A stretch of 61,673 nucleotides of DNA, the filler included, from Alphaproteobacteria bacterium (lineage in GTDB: Bacteria > Pseudomonadota > Alphaproteobacteria > Caedimonadales > UBA9215): the NCBI GenBank assembly GCA_024280495.1. It is 11 parts of 11 records of this genome, joined end to end, with 100 filler letters (N's around TTAATTAATTAA, not from the genome) between each part and the next. Parts side by side here need not be neighbours in the genome. Positions count along the whole stretch, not along the records: positions 6,807 to 11,136 come from JAJRPZ010000076.1; positions 11,237 to 14,428 come from JAJRPZ010000077.1; positions 14,529 to 24,055 come from JAJRPZ010000078.1; 8 more parts are not named here. One strand, given 5' to 3'. The notes below the pieces were generated by a model. That model was not told where the DNA came from and made no database searches. It was given only the letters and a program-made list of their open reading frames with translations. Made by a program: the position numbers and the translations under genes. Below are positions 9,552-17,466 of this stretch, piece by piece (position 1 is the stretch's first letter; each line of letters opens with the position of its first letter).

Positions 9552-10403
9552 CTAGAAAAAACGGCGGACATAGGCTTGCGCGAGGCAGTAATAGGCCGAG
9601 ATATAATAGGGGTTAATGGATTGGGCGGCGGTGCAATCTTGGATGGATTTATTTAAATTTCCAGCATGACGAAAACTCATGCCACGTTTGTAAAGATAAA
9701 GCGGATTTTTGGGCTTGAAATTGAGAGCCGCGCTATAGTCTGAAATCGCTTTAGGATATTCGCCAAGGTTGTAAAAGGCATCGGCGCGGTGTTGATAAAT
9801 TTGTGAGGCATTGGGGTTGTAACGTAACGAGCTAGAAAAATCGGTGATGGCAGAGCGAAAATTCCCTTTTTTATAGAGCGCATAGCCACGATGATGACGC
9901 GCTAAAGAGTCTTTTGGTTTAAACTTTATATAGCGGGATAAATCCTCAATGGCTTTGTCATACTCCCCGACCATTGCAAAAGCATAGCCGCGATTATAAA
10001 AAGCTTCAGGGCGAGGTTGGGGGTGGTAATTTATGCCCTGATTAAAGATGCTAATGGCTTTTTTATACTGTTTCAAGGCGGAAAAGCTGCGCCCTTTACG
10101 AATGTAAGCCCATGGATGCACAGGATATAGTTCTATCACTTTGTTAAAATAGGGAATGGCTTTTTTATACTGTTTTTTCCAATAATAATGACTGCCGACC
10201 CCAAAATTTGCCGTTGCCAATACTTTTGGCGGCAAACTTGCCATTTCCATCAACCGAATACAGGCTTGATAATATTTTGCCCCTTGTACCTGTTGACAGG
10301 TTTTTAAATCAACTTGCCGAAACCCATAAGAAGGTAAGGCGCTTATGAGTGTGAGACACAAGGCAGCTAGTGAAATAAAGGGTGTGTTTAACAGGTGCTT
10401 CAT
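9552..10403 (-). CDS. Exported tetratricopeptide-repeat protein
   Basis: Signal peptide followed by about six 34-aa TPR units (e.g. AFYNRGYAFAMVGEYDKAIEDLSRYIKFKP). Confidence 0.88.
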   Translation of the reverse strand: MKHLLNTPFISLAALCLTLISALPSYGFRQVDLKTCQQVQGAKYYQACIRLMEMASLPPKVLATANFGVGSHYYWKKQYKKAIPYFNKVIELYPVHPWAYIRKGRSFSALKQYKKAISIFNQGINYHPQPRPEAFYNRGYAFAMVGEYDKAIEDLSRYIKFKPKDSLARHHRGYALYKKGNFRSAITDFSSSLRYNPNASQIYQHRADAFYNLGEYPKAISDYSAALNFKPKNPLYLYKRGMSFRHAGNLNKSIQDCTAAQSINPYYISAYYCLAQAYVRRFF

Positions 10404-10524
10404 AATCTTTTTTTCGGTTTAAGTCATTGAATTGAATGATTAAACACGAAAACATCTCTCATAGCAAGTTTTTGCTTTTTTTGGCGTTAATTTGGGCTGT
10501 GAGGTTTGATAATTTTGTAAAAAA

Positions 10525-11013
10525 TTACTCGTCCATCCACTGAAGTCGTCCTCGGCTGAAAAGATAATCTCTTTTGAGCCTCTCTCCTTCATAATGAAAG
10601 TAATAGTCGCATCCACTCGTTGTTGGTTTGCTTAAATATTGTAAATTTTTCTTGTGATTTTTAAGATGGTTTTGAACAGTCTGTGTGGCTTGCTTTTCTG
10701 TATAACCACATTGAGAATCAAAATAAATACTGGCATATACCCAACTTATTAGAGCGCCACTAACGAGCGTAATAATCACTTGATGTGCTATATTTTGACT
10801 GCGTGATACCAAAATTAGGCTGCGAATAACACCTACAAAGGTTCCGATAATCCAAATAATTGTGAAAACGAACATACCACCTTCAGGATGCCCACCAACC
10901 ATGCTGGCCAAAAAGAAACCTATAAACATAGAGCTACCAACCCATTTTGCGAGTACGAAAAAATAGGCTCTAAGCTTTACAGGGCTACTTTCAAGTTTCT
11001 CTTTGTTTGGCAT
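10525..11013 (-). CDS. Hypothetical membrane protein (3 TM plus a small C-terminal domain)
   Basis: 162-aa ORF with three hydrophobic helices, starting 16 nt after the ppdK stop. Confidence 0.6.
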   Translation of the reverse strand: MPNKEKLESSPVKLRAYFFVLAKWVGSSMFIGFFLASMVGGHPEGGMFVFTIIWIIGTFVGVIRSLILVSRSQNIAHQVIITLVSGALISWVYASIYFDSQCGYTEKQATQTVQNHLKNHKKNLQYLSKPTTSGCDYYFHYEGERLKRDYLFSRGRLQWMDE

Positions 11014-11029
11014 CTTATTTTTTCTATTT

Positions 11030-11134
11030 TTAGTTGATCTTTTGCTTAATCGCCGCTTGCCCAGCTGCGAGCCGCGCTATTGGAACTTGAAAAGGGGAGC
11101 AGGAGATATAGTCTAGGTCAAGGCTTTGGAAGAA
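11030..11134 (-). CDS. ppdK: Pyruvate phosphate dikinase, extreme C-terminus
   Basis: Manual translation [34 protein letters not shown] matches the PPDK terminal motif [20 protein letters not shown]. Confidence 0.88.
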   Translation of the reverse strand, partial: FFQSLDLDYISCSPFQVPIARLAAGQAAIKQKIN

Positions 11135-11136
11135 GG

Positions 11137-11236
11137 NNNNNNNNNNNNNNNNNNNNNNNNNNNNNNNNNNNNNNNNNNNNTTAATTAATTAANNNNNNNN
11201 NNNNNNNNNNNNNNNNNNNNNNNNNNNNNNNNNNNN
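11137..11236. other. Artificial contig spacer
   Basis: N44-TTAATTAATTAA-N44. Confidence 0.99.
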
Positions 11237-11237
11237 A

Positions 11238-11342
11238 TATAGTTGATTAGTTTTTTGTTTACACGAGGCGTAAGGGGCGACGGCTATACTTATAGCCAAG
11301 AAGCACAGCAACAAAGTGTAAACGTAAAAATAATTAGCTATA
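11238..11342. repeat. Palindromic MITE-like element, family B, full copy (105 bp)
   Basis: Imperfect inverted arms TATAGTTGATTAGTTTTTTGTTTACAC and GTGTAAACGTAAAAATAATTAGCTATA around the central hairpin GGCTATACTTATAGCC. A half copy is at 56550-56591. Confidence 0.8.
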
Positions 11343-11868
11343 TTAGTCTTGCGGCTTGATTTGCTGGAAACGTCACCAATGAAATTTCCAACAACTCAAC
11401 TTCGGTCAAAAGGCGCACGCTGCGATCATCTTTACCGCGCAGGGCCTTTTTGACGCGATATCCAATGGAAAGACCATCGATGGCCCCATCCGCAATAAGC
11501 GCTTGCGCTTCTCTTGCTTTGGCGACATCTTGTGTTAACTGCCCTTCCACGTATAAACCCGTATCATCTTCCTTTAATATTTTCCAAAATCCTATGAGAT
11601 CCGTTTCACTGTGTTGCCATAGCATTTTAGGATAGCGTCCTGTTTTTTCTGCTTCCTCTAGGGTCTTTTTAAAGGCACCTCGCACAACGCGATCATTATA
11701 ACTATCCACGGAATCAAAAACGCTGGCATACCCCTTAACCAGACCATCTCCATTGGATTTCATTTCCAACTGAAAGGTTGAGTGTCCCCTTTGAGAAATA
11801 TTTCTTCCCTGATTTGAACCTTGATATTCAGCTTTAAAAAAAGTTACCTTCATATCCCCATCATACAT
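11338..11868 (-). CDS. HK97-family prohead protease (RcGTA g4-like)
   Basis: GYASVFDSVDSYNDRVVRGAF, MLWQH (catalytic His), GLSIGY (catalytic Ser) and EISLVTFPAN. Confidence 0.92.
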   Translation of the reverse strand: MYDGDMKVTFFKAEYQGSNQGRNISQRGHSTFQLEMKSNGDGLVKGYASVFDSVDSYNDRVVRGAFKKTLEEAEKTGRYPKMLWQHSETDLIGFWKILKEDDTGLYVEGQLTQDVAKAREAQALIADGAIDGLSIGYRVKKALRGKDDRSVRLLTEVELLEISLVTFPANQAARLI

Positions 11869-11890
11869 TTTTCTTCTCCCTTTTTATATT

Positions 11891-11967
11891 TAGAGTCATT
11901 CCAAAAACATCCCAGAAGTCGTCGATCACTCCCGAGCCTAGACTGGAACCTTTTTGGAATGACTATA
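11891..11967. repeat. Palindromic MITE-like element, family A, internally deleted copy (77 bp)
   Basis: Arms TAGAGTCATTCCAAAAA and TTTTTGGAATGACTATA. Shares GTCGTC-ATCACTCCC and CCTAGACTGGAACC with 44057-44163 but lacks the central hairpin. Confidence 0.85.
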
Positions 11968-13206
11968 GTCCCCACTCAACTTTCCATTTTCCAAAGGGCC
12001 ATAACCAACGGCTTTACGTTTTTCATTAAGAGTTAAAAAATCTGCCTTACCAATTTTTGCCCAAACTTCTTCGCGCCGTGGCGCAAGGGCTGCTATTCCC
12101 TCAACATCGTATGCCAAACGAAAGTTTTCCCCAAATTGGGATACCAACCATGCATTTAATTCATCGGTTACATAATCCAAAAGAGGTAGAATCGTATCCT
12201 CCCATAAATGAAAACGCGCCTCCTTATAATTAGCAAAGGTCGCATCTCCCGTAACCCCCACCAGCATAGGCGGCACACTAAATGCTTGGGCGATTTCACG
12301 GGCGCTTAGATGCTTCCCTTCAATAAAATCAAGATCCTTTGGAGACAATCCCATTTCCTGCCACTTGAAATTCCCCTCCATGACCAAAACACGACCCGCG
12401 TTATTTTCACCTTCCACAGTTTCTCGAAGGCTTTCTCTTATTTCTGCCAGTTGATCATCACTTATAAAACCATGCCCCCCACTATCCATCATCAGTGCCC
12501 CAGATGGTCGTCCTCCGTTTTGTAGAATGGATAAGTTATGACCAGCAACACTATTATGTTGATCGATGGAGCATGCAGCAGCTTCAATGGGGCTCATACC
12601 GTACCAATCACTCAAAGGATTAAAGAGTTTTAAGTGTAAGATTGGACTCTTCATAGTCATTGAATCCACATTGATAATTTTATTATGTCCGCCAACACTA
12701 TATTCATATCCTGCTGCCACACCGGTTTCATGGGGAATCACTTTCATACGATCGGGGCGCAGAACATACAATTCTTCTGGGGCTTCATCTCCTGAGACAG
12801 CCTCAACATAACTATTTCCAGACAAAAGCAAATACCCTATTAGTGACTCCATAAAGGCGCTACCGGATTCATGGGCAGAAGGGCGCTGTAATAGTTTTAA
12901 AAGCGGATGAGTAACAACTTCATTATCCCCATCATATAAACGCCATGGCACAGAGGCCGCCCCCCTTGAAATAAGGTTTACACAGCGATATACGATGACA
13001 TTTTTAAGGTATCCTTCTCGGGTTAAGGCTTCATAATTACGTGGCGTCCATATGGGGTTTCCTAAGGTATTGTACGCCACCATGGACCCAACACTACTTT
13101 TCTTTGCTTCAAGGTCAGGTGTTTTTTCAAGAACACCCTTTTTTTTTCCCAATCCCGTCACTTTTAACCCCGTGACCTTCATTTTATCCAACAATCCCAT
13201 AAGCAT
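11938..13206 (-). CDS. HK97-family phage portal protein (RcGTA g3-like)
   Basis: WTPRNYEALTREGYLKNVIVYRCV, LLLSGNSY, LYVLRPDRM, DWYGMSP, GLSPKDLDF, ATFANYKEAR and FLTLNEKRKAVGY are motifs of alphaproteobacterial GTA-type portals. Confidence 0.92.
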   Translation of the reverse strand: MLMGLLDKMKVTGLKVTGLGKKKGVLEKTPDLEAKKSSVGSMVAYNTLGNPIWTPRNYEALTREGYLKNVIVYRCVNLISRGAASVPWRLYDGDNEVVTHPLLKLLQRPSAHESGSAFMESLIGYLLLSGNSYVEAVSGDEAPEELYVLRPDRMKVIPHETGVAAGYEYSVGGHNKIINVDSMTMKSPILHLKLFNPLSDWYGMSPIEAAACSIDQHNSVAGHNLSILQNGGRPSGALMMDSGGHGFISDDQLAEIRESLRETVEGENNAGRVLVMEGNFKWQEMGLSPKDLDFIEGKHLSAREIAQAFSVPPMLVGVTGDATFANYKEARFHLWEDTILPLLDYVTDELNAWLVSQFGENFRLAYDVEGIAALAPRREEVWAKIGKADFLTLNEKRKAVGYGPLENGKLSGDYSHSKKVPV

Positions 13207-13352
13207 CTCCCTTTATCTTCTTCCTATTATTAGATTTATCAAATACAGAAATAAAAAACAATCAATACACCTAAAAAAGACAACTCTTCATATTTTATTA
13301 ATAGAACAATGTCATTATTAGAAAGTTATATAAAAACAAAAGGAATTCCTAC

Positions 13353-13817
13353 ATGAAATTTTTTACAAAAACAGCGATCACAACTTTTGCCATTTTATTT
13401 TCACTTTCTTCTTTCAACACACTGGAAGCCAGGCAAAGCCCTTCTGAGCGACGTGCCAATATGCAAAAAGAACATGCCAAAAAGATGATGGAGCGCCGTA
13501 GGGCTAGATTGGCACAACGATATAACTCCAAAACGATAGCTGAACAACACAAAACTGTAGCAGAAAAAAGGCGTCTTGCTAAAGTACTGAAAATGCGCAA
13601 TGAGAATATAATATCAAAACAACACAAAATTATAGCAGAAAAAAGGCGTCTTGCTAAAGTACTGAAAATGCGTCATGACAAAACTATAACTGAGAAAAAT
13701 AAATTTAGAAATGAACAACTACGTAAAGCTAAAATAGTGAAACAGCGTAATGACAACGCCATATTAAAACAACGCAGACTTAGAATGAAAGCGAAAAGAG
13801 CAGCCTCTTTTAGATAA
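13353..13817 (+). CDS. Hypothetical exported, very basic protein with 25-aa helical repeats
   Basis: AAGGA RBS, signal peptide (..LEA|R), four 25-aa repeats and a downstream terminator. Confidence 0.7.
   Translation: MKFFTKTAITTFAILFSLSSFNTLEARQSPSERRANMQKEHAKKMMERRRARLAQRYNSKTIAEQHKTVAEKRRLAKVLKMRNENIISKQHKIIAEKRRLAKVLKMRHDKTITEKNKFRNEQLRKAKIVKQRNDNAILKQRRLRMKAKRAASFR
13558..13672 (+). repeat. Intragenic direct repeat, 40 nt identical at 75-nt period
   Basis: TAGCAGAAAAAAGGCGTCTTGCTAAAGTACTGAAAATGCG at 13558-13597 and 13633-13672. Confidence 0.9.
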
Positions 13818-13846
13818 ATCGATACCACAAACCTCACTGATTCTTT

Positions 13847-13871
13847 TCCCTGCTCACCAGCGGGGATTTTT
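13847..13871 (+). terminator. Probable intrinsic terminator
   Basis: TCCCTGCT-CACC-AGCGGGGA stem followed by TTTTT. Confidence 0.6.
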
Positions 13872-13959
13872 CATGGCCCCTCCATATTTAAAATTTGCAC
13901 CTGATCTATAATTTTTGTATACCTATTTTAAGGATTAAAATTCACGTAAAATACACTTT

Positions 13960-14421
13960 ATGAAGATCATATTCAGTTGCATTGGTAAGATAAAAAAAAG
14001 CCCTCAACAGGATCTTTTTGAGGTTTATCAAAAACGACTTAATTCAAAAATTAGTGTCCATGAATTTGACACAAAACCCACCTTAAACAAATCGCAACGC
14101 AAACTCCATGAAGCAACACTTCTTCTTTCTCCCTTTAAGGATAACAGCCGCTATATCATTGCCCTTGATGAACGAGGAAAGGAAATGAGTAGTCAAGATT
14201 TTGCCAAATGCCTTGATCAGGTGCACCTGGAATCTTATAAGACCCTAGGTATTATCATTGGCGGCGCCGACGGCTTGGCATCATCAGTTCTCAATCATGC
14301 AAATCTATCCCTTTCCCTTGGCCGTATGACTTGGCCTCATATGACCGTGCGTGCCCTTATGGCAGAGCAACTTTATCGTGCTTATGCCATCCTTGCGGGC
14401 CACCCTTACCATCGAGATTAA
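13960..14421 (+). CDS. rlmH: 23S rRNA pseudouridine-1915 N3-methyltransferase
   Basis: IALDERGK, IIGGADGL, LSLGRMTWPHMTVR and EQLYRA...GHPYHR. Confidence 0.96.
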   Translation: MKIIFSCIGKIKKSPQQDLFEVYQKRLNSKISVHEFDTKPTLNKSQRKLHEATLLLSPFKDNSRYIIALDERGKEMSSQDFAKCLDQVHLESYKTLGIIIGGADGLASSVLNHANLSLSLGRMTWPHMTVRALMAEQLYRAYAILAGHPYHRD

Positions 14422-14428
14422 AGGCACC

Positions 14429-14528
14429 NNNNNNNNNNNNNNNNNNNNNNNNNNNNNNNNNNNNNNNNNNNNTTAATTAATTAANNNNNNNNNNNNNNNN
14501 NNNNNNNNNNNNNNNNNNNNNNNNNNNN
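14429..14528. other. Artificial contig spacer
   Basis: N44-TTAATTAATTAA-N44. Confidence 0.99.
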
Positions 14529-14672
14529 ATAGGTCATCAGAACAATGCTTTGGTCCTGGGACCTGGCGGTTATAAATTCAATGATTATTGGCGTATGGGG
14601 TTGCCCCTTGAGATCATCATTGTACTTGTTGCAGTTCCCATGATTTTAATTGCTTGGCCGTTGTATAACTAA
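14529..14672 (+). CDS. SLC13/DASS-family permease, C-terminal end
   Basis: Manual translation IGHQNNALVLGPGGYKFNDYWRMGLPLEIIIVLVAVPMILIAWPLYN*. Confidence 0.85.
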   Translation: MGHQNNALVLGPGGYKFNDYWRMGLPLEIIIVLVAVPMILIAWPLYN

Positions 14673-14704
14673 TCATTTTTAGATGTCGCAGAGGTTTATA
14701 TAAT

Positions 14705-15466
14705 TCAAATGGGCATTCTTTCAAAAACCCAATAAGTAACATCACCCCATTTTTCAATGCGGCTTTTTTTTCCTGTATTTTTAAATCCCCCTAGTATATC
14801 AATGATCTTTTTTGAAATAGATATCTCATGCAATTCTAATGACCTTAATGGAAACCCCGTTTCAAGACTTTCAAAATGTTTAGTGGCCACTGTTGCTAGA
14901 GCTATAGATATACCGAGTTTCCGATAATCAGGGTGCACGGCAAAATAAAGTTCCGTTGCAGGATTAATGCCATTATCTGCACTGCCTTCATCTTCCTGAA
15001 GGCCACCACGTGCAACAATTCTGCCATCAAGGTAGACAACCCAACACACGTCCATTTTTGTTGAATAAGGATATTTTTTCTTTTTAAGGTTTTTTAAGTG
15101 GTCGCGTACTCCTATCACATAGCGATTAACAGTCCGCCCAATGAGCTCTATCCACCATTTCCCCATATGACGGAGTCTTGGAAAAACATCTGGGTGATTT
15201 ATGATACCAGTAAAAGCCTCAATATGTTCTTGAGATCCATTAAAGGGAGTAATCAAAAGATCACGGCTATCATTTGTTTTTGCATGAAAGGTAATGGATT
15301 CTGCTTGTACTAATTCTTCTTTAGAAAGGGGGATAATATTATGCTCAATGGCTTTATCATTTGGCACGCCATCATAATTAATTCCTTTTAATATATAGGC
15401 ATTGGCAACGAAAGGATTCGATAAAATGATCATAAGAAAAAATTTTAATAAATTTATTTTTTTCAT
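14705..15466 (-). CDS. GNAT-family acetyltransferase with a signal-peptide-like N-terminus
   Basis: Acetyl-CoA motif A ELYFAVHPDYRKLGISIAL; N-terminus MKKINLLKFFLMIILSNPFVANA|Y. Confidence 0.65.
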   Translation of the reverse strand: MKKINLLKFFLMIILSNPFVANAYILKGINYDGVPNDKAIEHNIIPLSKEELVQAESITFHAKTNDSRDLLITPFNGSQEHIEAFTGIINHPDVFPRLRHMGKWWIELIGRTVNRYVIGVRDHLKNLKKKKYPYSTKMDVCWVVYLDGRIVARGGLQEDEGSADNGINPATELYFAVHPDYRKLGISIALATVATKHFESLETGFPLRSLELHEISISKKIIDILGGFKNTGKKSRIEKWGDVTYWVFERMPI

Positions 15467-15508
15467 TTATTTGATTCCTGAGACCAATAAAATACAATGT
15501 TACTTATA

Positions 15509-17323
15509 TTAGTTTTCACCTCGCCCCTCAAGCTGTTTTTGCCACATGACCGCATATATACCTTTTTGTAAGAGTAATTTTTTATGAGTTCCACGTTCAA
15601 CAATTTCTCCTTGGTCCAACACAATAATTTGATCTGCTTCTACAACGGTGGATAAACGGTGTGCAATGATCAATGTTGTATGCCCTTTAGAAACGTCACG
15701 TATGCTCTTTTGAATTTCTTTTTCTGTATGTGTGTCCAGAGCAGATGTTGCTTCATCGAAAATGAAAATAGCTGGTTTTTTAAGAAGAGTTCTTGCAATG
15801 GCAACACGTTGTTTTTCCCCACCAGATAATTTCAAACCACGCTCCCCAACAGCTGTTTCATAACCTTCAGGAAGAAATTGAATAAACTCGTGGATTTTTG
15901 CTAATTTCGCAGCCTTGATAACGTCATCTTTTGTGGCATTAGGGGCTCCATAAGCAATATTATAAAAAATACTCTCATTAAAAAGAACGGTATCCTGTGG
16001 CACCATCCCAATGGCATGGCGCAGGTCTTTTTGCGACATATCTCGGATATCTATTTTATCCAATAAAATAGATCCATCAGTCACATCATAAAAACGAAAA
16101 AGGAGTCTTGATATGGTTGATTTTCCAGCACCACTAGACCCAACAATGGCACAAGTTTTTCCAACGGGAACATCAAAAGATATTCCTTTTAAAATAGACC
16201 TATCGGGATTGTATTGAAAAAAAACATCTTTAAAAGAAACGCACGCATTGCGCGCCGTAAAAGACACTGGCACTTCAGGATCAATTATTTCTGCTGGCTG
16301 TGTTAATAAATCAAACATTTCTGCCATACTAGCAAGAGCAAGTTTTATTTCTCTGTACGCAAATCCTAAAATATTCAAGGGTAGATAAAGTTGTATCAAA
16401 TAAGTATTAACAAGAACGAAATCACCAATATTCATGTGCCCAGCTTGTACTTCGAAACCTGCCATAATCATCAAAGTCACAAGACCTGTTGAAATGATAA
16501 AGCCTTGAGATAAATTTAAAATTGCCAGACTTTTTTTACCTTTAACGGCGGCATCAGCATAGGTTTTTAAACCCTCGTGATAGCGTTCTGCCTCGTGGTC
16601 TTCATTGCTGAAATATTTAACGGTTTCATAATTCAATAGACTATCGATGGCCTTTGAATTTGAATCATTCTCAGAAGCGAACATCTCTTTCACAAAAGCA
16701 ATGCGCCATTCTGTCAAGCGGAGAGTCACAATAACATACCCAATCAACGTCAAAAGAGTTACAACAACATAACGCACATCATAAAGGTACCAAAGAACAA
16801 CACTTACAAAAATCATCTCAACAAAACCAGGGATAATACTAAACACACTAAAGCGCATAACGGTTTCAATACCTTTCACACCGCGCTCAATGATGCGGGT
16901 TAAGCCCCCCATTTTACGATCTAAATGAAAGCGTAAGGAAAGTTTATGGAGGTGACGAAAAGTATCAAGTGCTACGGTGCGCATAGCATGGTGTTCAACC
17001 TTAGCCGTAATAATATCCTTTAATTCATTGAAAAATTGGGCGCCAAATCGTGCGGCGCCATAGGAAAAAATAAAAAGAACTGGCAGGGATATCCAAGTGA
17101 CTATTTCCGTCCCTATTTCTATATTGAGACCGAGAGCATCAATAGCTTTTTTATATAAAATAGGCATGTAAACATTTATTGTTTTGCTAAGCATCAACAA
17201 GAAAAATGCAATACTCAACCGCAATTTCAATTCTTTTTTCCCCTTGGGCCAAAGGTAAGGCAGGAGAAGTCTCAGAATTTTAAGATCAGTTTTCTTGTCA
17301 AGGGAATTATGTGCATTTTTCAT
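15509..17323 (-). CDS. Atm1/ABCB7/HMT1-type ABC exporter (fused permease and ATPase)
   Basis: HLHKLSLRFHL, AIDSLLNYETVKYF, YLPLNILGFAYREIK, Walker A GSSGAGKST and LSGGEKQRVAIAR. Confidence 0.93.
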   Translation of the reverse strand: MKNAHNSLDKKTDLKILRLLLPYLWPKGKKELKLRLSIAFFLLMLSKTINVYMPILYKKAIDALGLNIEIGTEIVTWISLPVLFIFSYGAARFGAQFFNELKDIITAKVEHHAMRTVALDTFRHLHKLSLRFHLDRKMGGLTRIIERGVKGIETVMRFSVFSIIPGFVEMIFVSVVLWYLYDVRYVVVTLLTLIGYVIVTLRLTEWRIAFVKEMFASENDSNSKAIDSLLNYETVKYFSNEDHEAERYHEGLKTYADAAVKGKKSLAILNLSQGFIISTGLVTLMIMAGFEVQAGHMNIGDFVLVNTYLIQLYLPLNILGFAYREIKLALASMAEMFDLLTQPAEIIDPEVPVSFTARNACVSFKDVFFQYNPDRSILKGISFDVPVGKTCAIVGSSGAGKSTISRLLFRFYDVTDGSILLDKIDIRDMSQKDLRHAIGMVPQDTVLFNESIFYNIAYGAPNATKDDVIKAAKLAKIHEFIQFLPEGYETAVGERGLKLSGGEKQRVAIARTLLKKPAIFIFDEATSALDTHTEKEIQKSIRDVSKGHTTLIIAHRLSTVVEADQIIVLDQGEIVERGTHKKLLLQKGIYAVMWQKQLEGRGEN

Positions 17324-17335
17324 CTTTTTTCTCTA

Positions 17336-17364
17336 TTGACTATGGGTTGTAAAATGCCCATGAT
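17336..17364 (+). promoter_or_regulatory. Putative sigma70 promoter of nrdJ
   Basis: TTGACT-N17-CATGAT just upstream of the NrdR boxes. Confidence 0.5.
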
Positions 17365-17376
17365 CAGAAATGAAAA

Positions 17377-17425
17377 TCACTACATATAGTGGCACCTACA
17401 CTTAAAGATGCACTACATGTTGATT
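17377..17425 (+). promoter_or_regulatory. Tandem NrdR boxes
   Basis: TCACTACATATAGTGG (17377-17392) and GCACTACATGTTGATT (17410-17425) fit the acaCwAtATaTwGtg consensus, 33 nt apart, upstream of a ribonucleotide reductase. Confidence 0.8.
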
Positions 17426-17466
17426 TTTAACAATTTTAATTAAATTAAATTTCAAGGTAAAATCTA

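Noticed and set aside
13558..13672. 40-nt direct repeat with a 35-nt gap, superficially CRISPR-like
   Set aside because: Only two copies, in frame inside an ORF at 75-nt (25-codon) period. The gaps resemble each other and no cas genes are present.
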